A stretch of DNA of 63,802 nucleotides, counting the filler, from Octopus bimaculoides (Eukaryota): the NCBI RefSeq assembly GCF_001194135.2. It is 6 parts of 6 records of this genome, joined end to end, with 100 filler letters (N's around TTAATTAATTAA, not from the genome) between each part and the next. Parts side by side here need not be neighbours in the genome. Positions count along the whole stretch, not along the records: positions 19,374 to 45,057 come from NC_069002.1; 5 more parts are not named here. The stretch is one strand, 5' to 3'. How positions within the stretch are numbered: the first letter of the stretch is position 1; each line of letters starts with the position of its first letter. Positions 23,673 to 36,606 of this stretch are shown piece by piece. Under the pieces are notes generated by a model that was not told the DNA's origin, made no database searches, and saw nothing but the letters and a program-made list of their open reading frames with translations. A program made the translations under genes and the position numbers.

Positions 23673-24981
23673 ATATCATTATTATTATTATTATCGTTGC
23701 TGTTGTTGTTGTTATTGTTGCTGTTGTTGCTGCTGCTGTTTTTTTGTTGTTGTTTTTTTATTTGTTGTACTTCTCAGAACGTTCAGTCTTGTTTGTTCTG
23801 GTAGATTCTGTGAGAGCGGACAGCAGCTTACTGTCAGAGGTCTCACAGGGTCTCTTTCCGCACACTATCACATTATAAGCTTCGATACTTGATTGTTAAT
23901 TATCGTGGGAGACATTCAACATCCAAGTACCAATCTGGAAACATAAGGGGCTTAGACACATGTCTGTAAGGGTAAAAATGAAAACCCTATGAAAATCCTA
24001 AACTGTTTCCCCACTGTCTCTGTGGCTATTTTACATCTCATCCCTTTTTTATTCTTCTACTTTTCATGCTTGTATATATTTTCGTGGTGGTGGTGGTGGG
24101 GCTAATTTTCCTCTTTTATTTCTTTATAATCGATTCCACTTGAAACTGAACCGTTTTACTAATTGATTCTTGTGCTATCCCATTCATCCAGTACACCTGT
24201 GTTAAATGAAAGAAATTATTTCAATTCATTGCGGTTTCGCTTTATTCATTTGTCTTTTATCTTTACCTCTTCTTGTTTTTCTTTTATTCTTCTTGTTCTT
24301 CTTGTTTCTTGCTGCGCACAACGCCCTCTCTTTGCAGTTCAGTTATGAATTATAAAATGTGAAGATTTTTCACAATCTTATTTATCTTTGTTTTGTTTTT
24401 CCGTTTTAATTCGTTAGCAATTAACTCAAAAAAGGCGAGTGCCAGATTCCTTTTAGATTTTTCTCGGCTTATTAAACGAAGAAGACAATCATTGTGAAGA
24501 GTTAATTGTGTAAAGCTTCACAGCCATGTCAAAGGAACATGTTACTGAAGTTAGTGGAATTAACGATTCGATTAACAACAACAACAACGAATGCATTCAA
24601 AAGTTTTCTTTGCCAAAAAATGGAAAGTGCGAGCAAGGTAGTAGTTTTGTATAGGCTTGCAACAACAAATACATCTTTAATATAAATAAACTAGAAAGCA
24701 ATGGTTTGTATCAAAAACAAATGCATATATATACCACATGTATTTTTTAAGGAAAAAAATAGTCACCTATTTATATATGCTGAACAACGAGGCGGATATT
24801 TTTCTGTCGTCCTTGAAGCAATTAGATCGAACTCCAAGCTAATACCTTGTGCAAGATTTCATTTAAACACTGAATACGAGGCAAATACTTTGGCGGGGTA
24901 CGTATATCACAAATTTGCCCATACAATGGTTCGGCAATATTTTCAACCATTTAGCACGAGGATCTAAGTAAAATTATTTTT

Positions 24982-25199
24982 TTCTACTCTAGGCACAAGG
25001 CTCGAAATTTTGGGGGAGGGGGCCAGTCGATTAGATCGACCCCAGTACGCAACTGGTACTTAATTTATCTTTATCGACTCCGAAAGAATGAAAGGCAAAG
25101 TCGACCTCGGTGGAATTTGAACTCAGAATGTAAAGACAGAAGAAATACCGCTAAGCATTTCGCCCGGCGTCCCTAACGTTTCTGCCAGCTCGCCGCCTT
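24982..25199 (-). mobile_element. SINE family A, young full-length copy
   Basis: The reverse complement is nearly identical to 23036-23250. Confidence 0.92.
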
Positions 25200-25685
25200 T
25201 GAAAGTCAAATTATTGGCAGAGAACTGGTTNNNNNNNNNNNNNNNNNNNNNNNNNNNNNNNNNNNNNNNNNNNNNNNNNNNNNNNNNNNNNNNNNNNNNN
25301 NNNNNNNNNNNNNNNNNNNNNNNNNNNNNNNNNNNNNNNNNNNNNNNNNNNNNNNNNNNNNNNNNNNNNNNNNNNNNNNNNNNNNNNNNNNNNNNNNNNN
25401 NNNNNNNNNNNNNNNNNNNNNNNNNNNNNNNNNNNNNNNNNNNNNNNNNNNNNNNNNNNNNNNNNNNNNNNNNNNNNNNNNNNNNNNNNNNNNNNNNNNN
25501 NNNNNNNNNNNNNNNNNNNNNNNNNNNNNNNNNNNNNNNNNNNNNNNNNNNNNNNNNNNNNNNNNNNNNNNNNNNNNNNNNNNNNNNNNNNNNNNNNNNN
25601 NNNNNNNNNNNNNNNNNNNNNCGTAGGAATGAATTGTATGTAATTGCCATCAGTGTCGAAGTAAAACTCATCATCATCATGATCT

Positions 25686-25764
<79 letters not shown>

Positions 25765-26026
25765 AATAGAGTAGTCCCATGCGATCGGATGTTCTGATTA
25801 TATAAGAAAAATATTTTTGTTGTTATTAAAGCTATTCAATGTTGTGAGAGACATTTGCCTTTCTCTGATCTTTTCTTTTCAAAGCAGAACGAAAAAAGAA
25901 TTGATGAAAGAATTAGGCTTCCAATATGTCTCAGAAGATATATTTATATATATAAAGATATATATGCACACGCACTTACAAGCGTATACATGTCTCCATA
26001 TGAATATACATTTATATTTCTACACG

Positions 26027-26079
<53 letters not shown>

Positions 26080-26204
26080 GTACGTACATAAGTGCGTTTT
26101 TGTGTATGGTTATTAGTAAAAATATGTTTGGCGGTGAGTGAATGTAATAAATATGTTTTTTAGCTTGCGGACCTGGGCATAAGTTCTTTCTTGCGACCTC
26201 ATGT

Positions 26205-26238
<34 letters not shown>

Positions 26239-26813
26239 ATATAAACAAAAGGGGAAAGTGAAATTAAAATACCTACATATATACACATATACATACATAT
26301 ATATATATATATATATGCATACATACATACTGTGTGTATACGTATGGAAGTGTATATATCTCTGGTTGTATATATTTGAGATCGTTTGCGTATATGCACT
26401 TGAGTAAGTGTGTCTCGTGTGTATGAATGTCTATGTATATGTGTGTTTCCATAAAAAAACTAAATTATGAAATTTCAGTTTAAATTTGCCACTCAGTGCT
26501 TACATATTCTCTCTCCAATCTTTTGGGCTTTTTAAGATTTGTCTTCCGTCTAGACAAGGCTGATTGGCAGCCGTATATAAACATACATCATTAAATGTAT
26601 ATATAATGATATGCACTTATAGATGAGTATATTTAGATATATACACTTCTACATATTCGTATGTAATTATATATATGTATATGTATATATGTATCTATAT
26701 ATATGTAATTGATTTATACTGGAAACAATATATATAATAAATGGCGGTATGTTGTCAACTTAATGTGACAGTCCCATGAAAGGGAATAATACTACTGCTA
26801 TTTATCCCTAGGA

Positions 26814-26893
26814 AGCACCTCAAAGCCAAACTGATGACGAGCAATGACTCAGAAACTAGTCTCAGGATGCTGGCTTTGCTGCGTGGAGGTGCT
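26814..26893 (+). ncRNA. Hammerhead-like motif with palindromic stem III, proximal stem I disrupted
   Basis: CTGATGA-c-GAG-caatga-CTC-a-GAAA-CTAGTC; ACTAGT palindrome and GUC triplet; distal pairings caaagcca/tggctttg and agcacctc/gaggtgct. Confidence 0.45.
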
Positions 26894-26959
26894 TACCTCC
26901 CCCTTTGTAAACATCAGGACAATTTTTTTTATTGTATATTTATTTTATAAACAAATATC

Positions 26960-27095
26960 ACAATATTACGTAAGCATTCTTATAAGCATCTTATAATGTT
27001 TCTTTCTTCTCTGGAAACTCGCCGCGTCCCGGCAGCTGATGGCTCGCGGAACAGACCGGCACCGGTCAGCGGACCACAACTTTGAGTAGCACGGT
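26960..27095. mobile_element. Orphan hAT/Charlie-like terminus
   Basis: GC-rich subterminal gaccggcaccggtcagcggaccacaactttgagtagcacg resembles CAGTGCTACTCAAAGTGTGGTCCG-type ends; no partner end was seen. Confidence 0.45.
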
Positions 27096-27419
27096 CTTAG
27101 ACTACATTATGCAAAATGACCATTATTTCCTCGAAACCTTAGGGTATAATCTGAAGCAGATTTATCCGATGCCTCTAGCAACTCAAACAACCATATAACA
27201 GATCCCTTATTGATTCTTAATTATCTATGTTGGCCTCGCTGTCATCGTTGCTGTTATAGTTGTTATTGTCCATGTAGTCGTTGTTGTTGTTGTTGTTATT
27301 ATAGTTGTTGTAACCGTCATTGTTGATGTCATTGCTGTTGTTTCTGGCTAATATCGTCACTTCTTATTGTATTGTATCGTTTATATTTAACACCATACTA
27401 TATTCTTTAACCATGCAAT

Positions 27420-27620
27420 TCCCTTCTTCTTCTTCTTCTTCTTCTTCTTCTTCTTCTTCTTCTTCTTCTTCTTCTTCTTCTTCTTCTCATCCTTCTCCTT
27501 CTCCGCCGCCTTTTACTACTACTACTACTACTACTTCTCTTTCGTCTGCCACTACTACTACTACAACCTTTCCTTCTTTTCCTTCTTTTACAGTTTTGTC
27601 ATTGTCATCGTCGTCCTCAT
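27420..27620. repeat. Compound trinucleotide tract (CTT)n-(ACT)n-(CAT/CGT)n
   Basis: Direct reading; part of the 382-aa low-complexity pseudo-ORF. Confidence 0.9.
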
Positions 27621-27977
27621 CTTCGTTTCCTTTGTCTTCTCGTTCCTTTGTCTTTTCCGCCATGTTTCTTCTTATTTTTCCGCCATTACTAACACGACAT
27701 TTCGACATTGTTTCCATGATCGAAGTTATTTACTCTAAATTTTCTCTGCGTGAAGATAGATGTAACTACATTTTCACTCTTTTATTGCCATTCTTGATGC
27801 TTGATACCACTGACTATCCCTCCCCCTTTCTCCTTCTCAGCTGTCTCCACCCCACTCACTCTCTCTCTTTATTTATCTACCTATCTATCTATCTATCTAT
27901 CTGTTTATATATACCTGTCGCTCTATCCGACGGTATTCTCTATATATCCGCATGTCTCTTTCTATCTCTCAATCTCT

Positions 27978-28024
<47 letters not shown>

Positions 28025-28454
28025 CTTTCTCACTTTCTTTCTATCTTGCCATCTTTTTTCTTGTTAATTACTGCCCTATTGTTTATATCTTCCTGTCGTC
28101 TTTTCTCTCTATCATTCTTTCTCCATCTCCCCCCTCTCCCCCTCTCTTTCCCTCTCTCTCCTCCTCTCTCACACACAAACACACTCATTCGCACACACAC
28201 CTCTATCTATTTTACTCCGTTTCTCTCATTCTGTCGTCTACATCTTTTCTATTCCGTTTGTTTGTTTGATTTGTTTTTTGCCATCTTTTCTTTCCTTACC
28301 GACTTTATTACTACATTCCTTCGTTCTATTACTATTGAATCGGGAGTGCATCGAACAAAATACTTTGCTGCTTTTAGTTACGTCATTTGTATTATATTAC
28401 GTTTTCAGATCAAACCCACAATATACAAACGTACTCTCTTTTCACTCTTTCATT

Positions 28455-28850
28455 TGTTTGTCATTTGACTGTAGCCATGCAGGAGCACCGCCTTTTAGTC
28501 GAGCAAATCCTTAGGCAAATGTCTTCTACTATAGCCTCGCACCCACCAAAGCCTTCTGAGGGGATTTGGTAGATGCAAACTGAAAGAAGCAAGGCCTGCC
28601 GTATACGACGATGTGTGTGTATGTGTGTGTGTGTGTGTGTCTTTGTCCCTCTGTTTGTCCCTCACCACCGCTTGACACCCGGTGTTGGCTTGTTTACGTA
28701 CTCGTGGCCTAGGGGATCGGCGATAGTTTGCGATAGAATAGGTATCAGACTTGATAAAAGAACAAAGTACTGGGATCGATCTATTCAACTAAAATTTTTC
28801 AAGGCGGTGCCCCAGCATGGCTGGAGTCTAAGGAATGAAAATACTAAAAC
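28455..28850 (+). mobile_element. SINE family BC (5'-truncated, with internal (TG)n) abutting a short inverted BC tail fragment
   Basis: ggcaaatgtcttctactatagcctc...ggatttggtagatgcaaactgaaagaagc (TG)n tctttgtccctctgtttgtcc...ccagcatggc; 28455-28507 is the reverse-complement tail. Confidence 0.8.
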
Positions 28851-29027
28851 ATGATATAAAATATGAAGTCGTCTCCCCCAGAAAATGTATAATCCTTGAA
28901 ACATATATCAGAAAACAATTACATTTTGTCGTTAAAACACGTTTTAAAAAAGGCCTTAGACTGCAGTGCACTTAGTTTGGGGTTAATTGGGAAATATGTT
29001 CTCTTGACCTTTCGCAGAAATTGTGAT

Positions 29028-29076
<49 letters not shown>

Positions 29077-30314
29077 NNNNNNNNNNNNNNNNNNNNNNNN
29101 NNNNNNNNNNNNNNNNNNNNNNNNNNNNNNNNNNNNNNNNNNNNNNNNNNNNNNNNNNNNNNNNNNNNNNNNNNNNNNNNNNNNNNNNNNNNNNNNNNNN
29201 NNNNNNNNNNNNNNNNNNNNNNNNNNNNNNNNNNNNNNNNNNNNNNNNNNNNNNNNNNNNNNNNNNNNNNNNNNNNNNNNNNNNNNNNNNNNNNNNNNNN
29301 NNNNNNNNNNNNNNNNNNNNNNNNNNNNNNNNNNNNNNNNNNNNNNNNNNNNNNNNNNNNNNNNNNNNNNNNNNNNNNNNNNNNNNNNNNNNNNNNNNNN
29401 NNNNNNNNNNNNNNNNNNNNNNNNNNNNNNNNNNNNNNNNNNNNNNNNNNNNNNNNNNNNNNNNNNNNNNNNNNNNNNNNNNNNNNNNNNNNNNNNNNNN
29501 NNNNNNNNNNNNNNNNNNNNNNNNNNNNNNNNNNNNNNNNNNNNNNNNNNNNNNNNNNNNNNNNNNNNNNNNNNNNNNNNNNNNNNNNNNNNNNNNNNNN
29601 NNNNNNNNNNNNNNNNNNNNNNNNNNNNNNNNNNNNNNNNNNNNNNNNNNNNNNNNNNNNNNNNNNNNNNNNNNNNNNNNNNNNNNNNNNNNNNNNNNNN
29701 NNNNNNNNNNNNNNNNNNNNNNNNNNNNNNNNNNNNNNNNNNNNNNNNNNNNNNNNNNNNNNNNNNNNNNNNNNNNNNNNNNNNNNNNNNNNNNNNNNNN
29801 NNNNNNNNNNNNNNNNNNNNNNNNNNNNNNNNNNNNNNNNNNNNNNNNNNNNNNNNNNNNNNNNNNNNNGTCTTGCCCACTGTCAACAGAAAACGAAAAC
29901 AGTTTCTTCCGATTCAGCCGAAAGGAAAGAAACAAAATGAACACCACTAAAGTCGGTAACTCTTGACGCAGTTGCCGCCTATTTCAGGTGGTCACATTCC
30001 ATGACAACGAACAAGTTGGCAAGCGGAAACGCAAGGAGGCTCTCAGGGCCTATACCATCCTTCTCTCTTTCTCATTCTCTCTCTCTTTCTCTTTCTCTCT
30101 CTTTCTCTCTATCTCTCTCTTTCTCTCTATCTCTCTCTTTCTCTCTCTCTCTCTCTTTCTCTCTCTTCCCTTTTTTCTCTCTGTCTTTCTTTTTCCTTTC
30201 ATCTCTACCTCTCTATCTGCCTTTTCTATATGCGCCTACATGGAAGAAAGAGAAGGAAAAGATGATGACCATAATACTGGTGGTGGTGAAGCTGCTGCTG
30301 GTAGTGATGCTGCT

Positions 30315-30362
<48 letters not shown>

Positions 30363-32788
30363 GATGATGACCAAGAGGAACAGACAGGAGGAAGAGGAGA
30401 ATATATAAAGGAGTAAAAAGAAGAAAAAACAGAAGGAAACGAGGAAGAACAAAAAGAAAAAGAACAACAACAACAAGAGGAAGAGGAGGAACAAGAAGAA
30501 GTTAAATAAATGAATACGTGAATTACTGCATAGTCGCGCATGCCCGGCAGCAACTGGGCCTCCTTGATCGATGTGGGTTGGATGAGGTGGGGGTGAGGAT
30601 ATAACCAGACAGATAATTATATATTTGTGATAATTGCATTAGCAATTATTCTTAACATTCTACGGTAGCTTTGAATCATATATTTTTATCATCAACTAGA
30701 AGTACTTGAAATTACGCTATTAGAGTTGACAGTAATTGCAACACCTATGCAAATAGGTAAAATATCTTGGTTGGATATTAAAAGAGAGAAAGAGAGAGAG
30801 ACAGCTAAACAGTATGAGAGAGAGAGAGAGAGAGAGAGAGAACGTGGAAAGAAGGTTAATGGGAGAGAGGTGAAAGAGACAGAGGCTGAGAGAAAGAAGG
30901 AATGGAGTGAAGGAAATAGCGGAGAAAGAGAAAGAGGTACATGTTATAAGGTGGAATAGCTGCTGAGTAGAGAAACACACGTTTTGCTTTGGCTATAATT
31001 TTGACAATGTTTTGAGAAAATCAATCATTTACATGTGTCTACGTATGTACACGCGCGTGTATGACTTTAGGTGAATGTATACACAAAACCACACTCACAC
31101 ATAACCATACATACATAAATACATATATGTATATATATATATATGCATGCATGCATGTATGTATTATGTATGTATGGAGGTCATAAAATGGCGGAGGGTA
31201 CTGACAAGCATCGCTTATGTTAAAATAACAGTTAAGTGAGCTCTAGACCCACCAAAGCACTAAACTTACTGTCTGACAAAGAGGGGTAGGTCACTAGACC
31301 TCTGTTAATTTTGCTTTTAGGTTCCAATTGTTAATAAGCCACCCTCATCTATATATATATATATNNNNNNNNNNNNNNNNNNNNNNNNNNNNNNNNNNNN
31401 NNNNNNNNNNNNNNNNNNNNNNNNNNNNNNNNNNNNNNNNNNNNNNNNNNNNNNNNNNNNNNNNNNNNNNNNNNNNNNNNNNNNNNNNNNNNNNNNNNNN
31501 NNNNNNNNNNNNNNNNNNNNNNNNNNNNNNNNNNNNNNNNNNNNNNNNNNNNNNNNNNNNNNNNNNNNNNNNNNNNNNNNNNNNNNNNNNNNNNNNNNNN
31601 NNNNNNNNNNNNNNNNNNNNNNNNNNNNNNNNNNNNNNNNNNNNNNNNNNNNNNNNNNNNNNNNNNNNNNNNNNNNNNNNNNNNNNNNNNNNNNNNNNNN
31701 NNNNNNNNNNNNNNNNNNNNNNNNNNNNNNNNNNNNNNNNNNNNNNNNNNNNNNNNNNNNNNNNNNNNNNNNNNNNNNNNNNNNNNNNNNNNNNNNNNNN
31801 NNNNNNNNNNNNNNNNNNNNNNNNNNNNNNNNNNNNNNNNNNNNNNNNNNNNNNNNNNNNNNNNNNNNNNNNNNNNNNNNNNNNNNNNNNNNNNNNNNNN
31901 NNNNNNNNNNNNNNNNNNNNNNNNNNNNNNNNNNNNNNNNNNNNNNNNNNNNNNNNNNNNNNNNNNNNNNNNNNNNNNNNNNNNNNNNNNNNNNNNNNNN
32001 NNNNNNNNNNNNNNNNNNNNNNNNNNNNNNNNNNNNNNNNNNNNNNNNNNNNNNNNNNNNNNNNNNNNNNNNNNNNNNNNNNNNNNNNNNNNNNNNNNNN
32101 NNNNNNNNNNNNNNNNNNNNNNNNNNNNNTATATATATATATACATATATCTGATAGTGTATACACGTATACATATATCTGTGTGTGTGCGTGTGCACGC
32201 GTGTGACTATCAACACAACTTGGTAACTTTCTTACAATCTCAACTCGATGCTCCTCAAGCTGTTGGCGGTTGTGTAGGAGGTGGCCGGTGCGGCGGAATC
32301 AATGGCGATTTGGCGTACTCGGAACTTCCTCAAGAATACAGGGAAGCGAAAGATGAAAGCATTGTGGAAAGACAACATTAATTATCCAAAAGTATTTTCG
32401 GTAATATTTAAACATGCGATCCAAGAGAAATGAAGGCAGAGAGAAAGCCATATCTTAATGTTCCTAATAACGAAACTCTAAATACGATATACTCGCGCAC
32501 GCGCGTGTATATATGCACATATATATATATATATATATATATAGAACGAGGGAAAGAGAGTGAAGGAGAGAGACACTTCTATATGTATCTATGTATAAAC
32601 AGGTATACATATACACAACCAAACTCATGCAGCATAAATGTATAAAAACTTATACGCATACACACACATCACGCATATATGTGTGTGTACGTGTGTGTGC
32701 GTGTGTATGTGTACATACACATGTGTATATACATATTACATATTGATTTAATATCTAAGTGTCTGCATGTGTAAATGTGTCTGCTATA

Positions 32789-32841
<53 letters not shown>

Positions 32842-33029
32842 TCGCGCGCGTAAAAACCCACTAAGCACTTCAATAATTCCTATATTATTCTCAGCTAATC
32901 AGCTAATAAAACTTTATACATATCCCCTGCTTCGTGATAAGGTTTCTCTTTCTGCCATTTTTCTAAATATCAAACAAACCTTTTCCTGTGCTTTTTCTGT
33001 GTATCATTGTATATATTACTGTGCGATGT

Positions 33030-33250
33030 AGAGGCGCAATGTCCCAGTGGTTAGGGCAGCGGACACGCGGTCGTTGAATTGTGGTTTCGATTCCTAAACC
33101 GAGCGTTTTGAGTGTTTACTGAGCGAAAACACCTAAAGGGCCACGAGGCTCCGGCAGGGGATGGTGGCCAACCCTGCTGTACTCTTTCACCACAACTTTC
33201 TCTCACTCTTTCTTCCTGTTTCTATTGTACCAGTATTTCAAAGGGTGACA
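33030..33250 (+). mobile_element. SINE family D, 5' part
   Basis: aggcgcaatgtcccagtggttagggcagcggac (A-box-like)...ggtttcgattcc (B-box-like), followed by a non-tRNA body. Confidence 0.8.
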
Positions 33251-33952
33251 ACAAATGGCCATGGATTGAATATACCTCCGTCTCTATTTCATATATTCTG
33301 TTCTCCGACAAGGCAGACGAGTGCTTCTTATTTGGTTTATTCTTTGTGGTTATAGGAGCATGCTGAAAAGTTCATGGCGTTTGCTAAAAGAAAATAGAAA
33401 AGGATAAGCTAATTATGATTTTATTCAACATATTTCCCTCTTCGTCAGTTTTTCTAAGCCCTGTAAGAAAACTCAAAAGGTTGGGTCTCCAACCAGGCCT
33501 TTCGTGATACCCTTAAAGTCAAGAACTTTTCAGCACCCCATCGTATAAATACTACGCTCTTATTGTCACTTAATTACGTGTGTTAGCTTATAGTAGATAT
33601 CTTATAATAATCTTCTAATTGCATGAGACATCTACGTCCGTGTTTACAGCAAACATAAACTGAATGATCTTATTATATCCCCAGTTTTCTTATCGACTCT
33701 ATGTAATTCACTTAACTAACACACGAAGACGGTATGTCTGGAACTAATTCGTGCTCTATTGTTATTATTACTATCGTTTTTATGTTTATCATTCTGGTAG
33801 TTTTCTTTTAGGTTTCTGCTTAGCAGCTATTCCTTTATTTGTTCTGTCATAATATCTGTCCGTGGAAACTGAGAGTGCTTCTATGCATTGGCAAACCTGA
33901 TCAGTGGACTTCAGCAAACTTTAAAACTGTAACAGCAAACTTACACCTGTAA

Positions 33953-34009
<57 letters not shown>

Positions 34010-34097
34010 CGCTCTGATTTACTTTTAATCTGCATGTTTGCTGCAGTCACCAAGACGCAAACAGGGCCCTAGGGCAAGTGAAGGTTTCGAGATATTC

Positions 34098-34270
34098 TTT
34101 TCTACACTAGGCACAAGGTCCGAAATTTCGGAGAAGAGGGCCAATCGATTAGATCGAACCCAGTACGCAACTGGTACTTAACTTATCGACGTCCAAAGGA
34201 GGAAAGGCTAAGTCAACCTCGGTGGAATTTGAACTCAGAACATAAGACATACGAAATACCGCTAAGCATG
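34098..34270 (-). mobile_element. SINE family A
   Basis: Reverse complement of the tail, core and B-box region. Confidence 0.85.
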
Positions 34271-35596
34271 TTATGCGATGTGACAGAGATTTGGCTGCTA
34301 TTTCTAACAACTCGAGTTACCACATAAACTTTTTTATATATATAACTTCCAGAAGTTTGGTATTCTCTAGTTCCAGTTGCCTTCCGGTTATTTTTATTGT
34401 ATAATATCTCGGTTATTTCGTTTGGTTGTGAATTCTCTCAAGAATTGTTTTAAGCGTTCTCACCCATTCTGAACCGTCAGTTCTTCAAACATCTCCTGAA
34501 AGATCTTCTATTTCTTTTGCTTTTGACACTGAATTGATTTCTATCATGTTTTCTACATATTGCCTGCTAAAAATTGTAATATCATTTTTGGAATTATATA
34601 AAAATTGTTTGTTTTATTCAATGAAAATCTCGCAGCTTTTCCAAACGACAGATTCTTTGTGCTTTAGCAACAATATGTTGCCTGAGGCCCTCTTTTCATT
34701 CTTCACTTTTCATTTTTGTTAGAATTTCATATTCCATTTCTAGTTGTTTTTTTTTATTTTCCTTTTCGCTTGTGTGTTTCTTTTATGATGATGTCACTGA
34801 AAGCTATAAAAGCTCTTCTTTAATTTTCTCTCTTCATACGATGATTTTTACACGCCGGTAAATTGCCTTGTGCCATTTGTTTCATTTCAATAAGTTCTGA
34901 GTTCGTATAACGCCGAAGTGTTCCTAGTCTTTCTTAAAATCTCACCGAAGTCTTTGACGTTCATCATCGCAGACGATAAACTAAAGAACTAGTCGAGTAC
35001 TAGAGTTGATATAATCAACTATTCCCTCTAAATGCAGCGAAAATTTCTATCCTGCTTTTCTACATTAAAATAAATATCATTCCAAGACTGCATACAGTAG
35101 AATCGACAGATCATTAGTCAAAGTCTATGTAAATTTCTCCTATTTCAATTTCAATAAGATCACCAAGAAATGAATAATGGTCTTTGGTTTAAGTCATGAA
35201 AATTTTAAAGGTCAGTGGTTCTCTCATCTGGTTACCGATTTGTGCATGCATACGAATAAACATGCATTCATGTAGCAGATGGATTTTTTTTTTCTTTTTT
35301 CATTAATATATAATATACAACTTTCCGAGCTTATACAAGTGCCCGAGCTTGATAATTATGAGTGCATGTGTGCGCGTATGTTCACCAGCGAACCTGAAAT
35401 GAATAATTTCTGAAATGTTTTACAAATATTCACTGTATAAACTTCAGTTATTGTGAATTCAGAATGCGAATCGGTCAAACTCTGTTCTTGTTCAGAGAAC
35501 CTTGGCACTTTTAAGTTGGTTTTTTTTTTTGGTTTTTTTTATGCCGATGCATCGCTACGGAACTCAGTAAACCAATGATAATAGAAACGAATGAGA

Positions 35597-35970
35597 ATTT
35601 ATAGCCTGGATATAAAAGATGTAGGTTTCTCATTAGCTCTCCATAGATATGCTTCTTTTCCCTAATTTTCGACAGGACATATATACGAGTGTGTATCAAT
35701 GTTCGTATAAATGTATGTATGCATTTTTGAATTGCATACGTGTATTTGTATGTACATAAGTTAATGTTATCATCACTGTCTCTTTTGTTCAGTTGGTATG
35801 TTGTAGCAGAAGTGTTACTAAGAGCCCAGTACATGTTTAACAATTGAAACAAATTAAATTCTATAGCCTGGATATGAAAGCTGTGGGTTTCTCATTAGTT
35901 CTACATAGATATTCTCCTTATCCCCAATTTACGACGAGAAATCCATGTGAGTATGTATGTAAGAATGAAT
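35597..35970 (+). repeat. Diverged direct duplication, about 100-bp units at 35597 and 35860
   Basis: tatagcctggatat(a/g)aaag(a/c)tgt(a/g)ggtttctcattag(c/t)tct(c/a)catagatat in both units. Confidence 0.8.
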
Positions 35971-36144
35971 GATTGCTTGTATATATGTATTCTCTTGTAT
36001 TATTAATTATTCGAAGGAGCTGCTTTCTAACGAAGATACAAAGCTCTATCGTTGGAATGTAGATGACAAAAACAAGTTCACATTTAGAAGCTAGGAAAAG
36101 TCATGCATATTTTTACCACTTAACGATTGTATTTATAATGCGTG

Positions 36145-36218
36145 CGTTTGCTGGTTGATTTATGTATGTATGAATGTATATACATACATTCATACATACA
36201 TAAATCAACCAGCAAACG
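36145..36218. repeat. Perfect inverted repeat, 35-bp arms, 4-nt loop
   Basis: cgtttgctggttgatttatgtatgtatgaatgtat / atacattcatacatacataaatcaaccagcaaacg, checked base by base. Confidence 0.95.
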
Positions 36219-36606
36219 TATGTATGTATGTATGTATGTACGTATGCATGTATGTATGAGTGTTAGTATGTATGCATTGCGTGTGTGAATGAATGTTTGC
36301 GTGGGAAAATGTGTTTGTGTATATGCATATATTATTTTCTAAATCTTTTTTGTGCAATACGGATTTTCTCATACATTCTAAATGCATAACCTACAAAAGA
36401 ATTCTACAATTGTCCTCAGATTTACGAGAAAACGTATCTATACATCAGATTCTTGGACGTACGACGAGTGTGTTTTTTCTTCCAAGTCTCTGTTGAGAGG
36501 TGGGGTTATGCATAGTTTGTGAGAACCTGGAGTGTTGTCGTTAAGTAAATACATCTTCGTGAGTTCGATCATGACTCTTAATGTACAATTATATATTTGG
36601 TATGTT

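Noticed and set aside
26560-26580. CCAAT (reverse) plus TATA promoter
   Set aside because: Spacing is too tight, and such short motifs are expected by chance in AT-rich DNA.
27320-28468. 382-aa ORF, the longest gap-free non-transposon ORF
   Set aside because: Stop-free because of T/C-rich simple repeats; no domain or plausible codon structure.
29870-30060. Unique sequence with a ttcAG acceptor (VVTFHDNEQVGKRKRKEALRAY)
   Set aside because: No donor before it runs into (CT)n; no recognisable homology.
30742-30757. Octamer ATGCAAAT within a short palindrome
   Set aside because: A single 8-mer without any evidence of a linked promoter or conservation.
33030-33105. tRNA gene
   Set aside because: A- and B-box-like motifs continue into a SINE body, with no complete cloverleaf; the same applies to the other SINE heads.
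34330-34720. Minus-strand coding-like relic
   Set aside because: Multiple stops and no motif that could be assigned with confidence.
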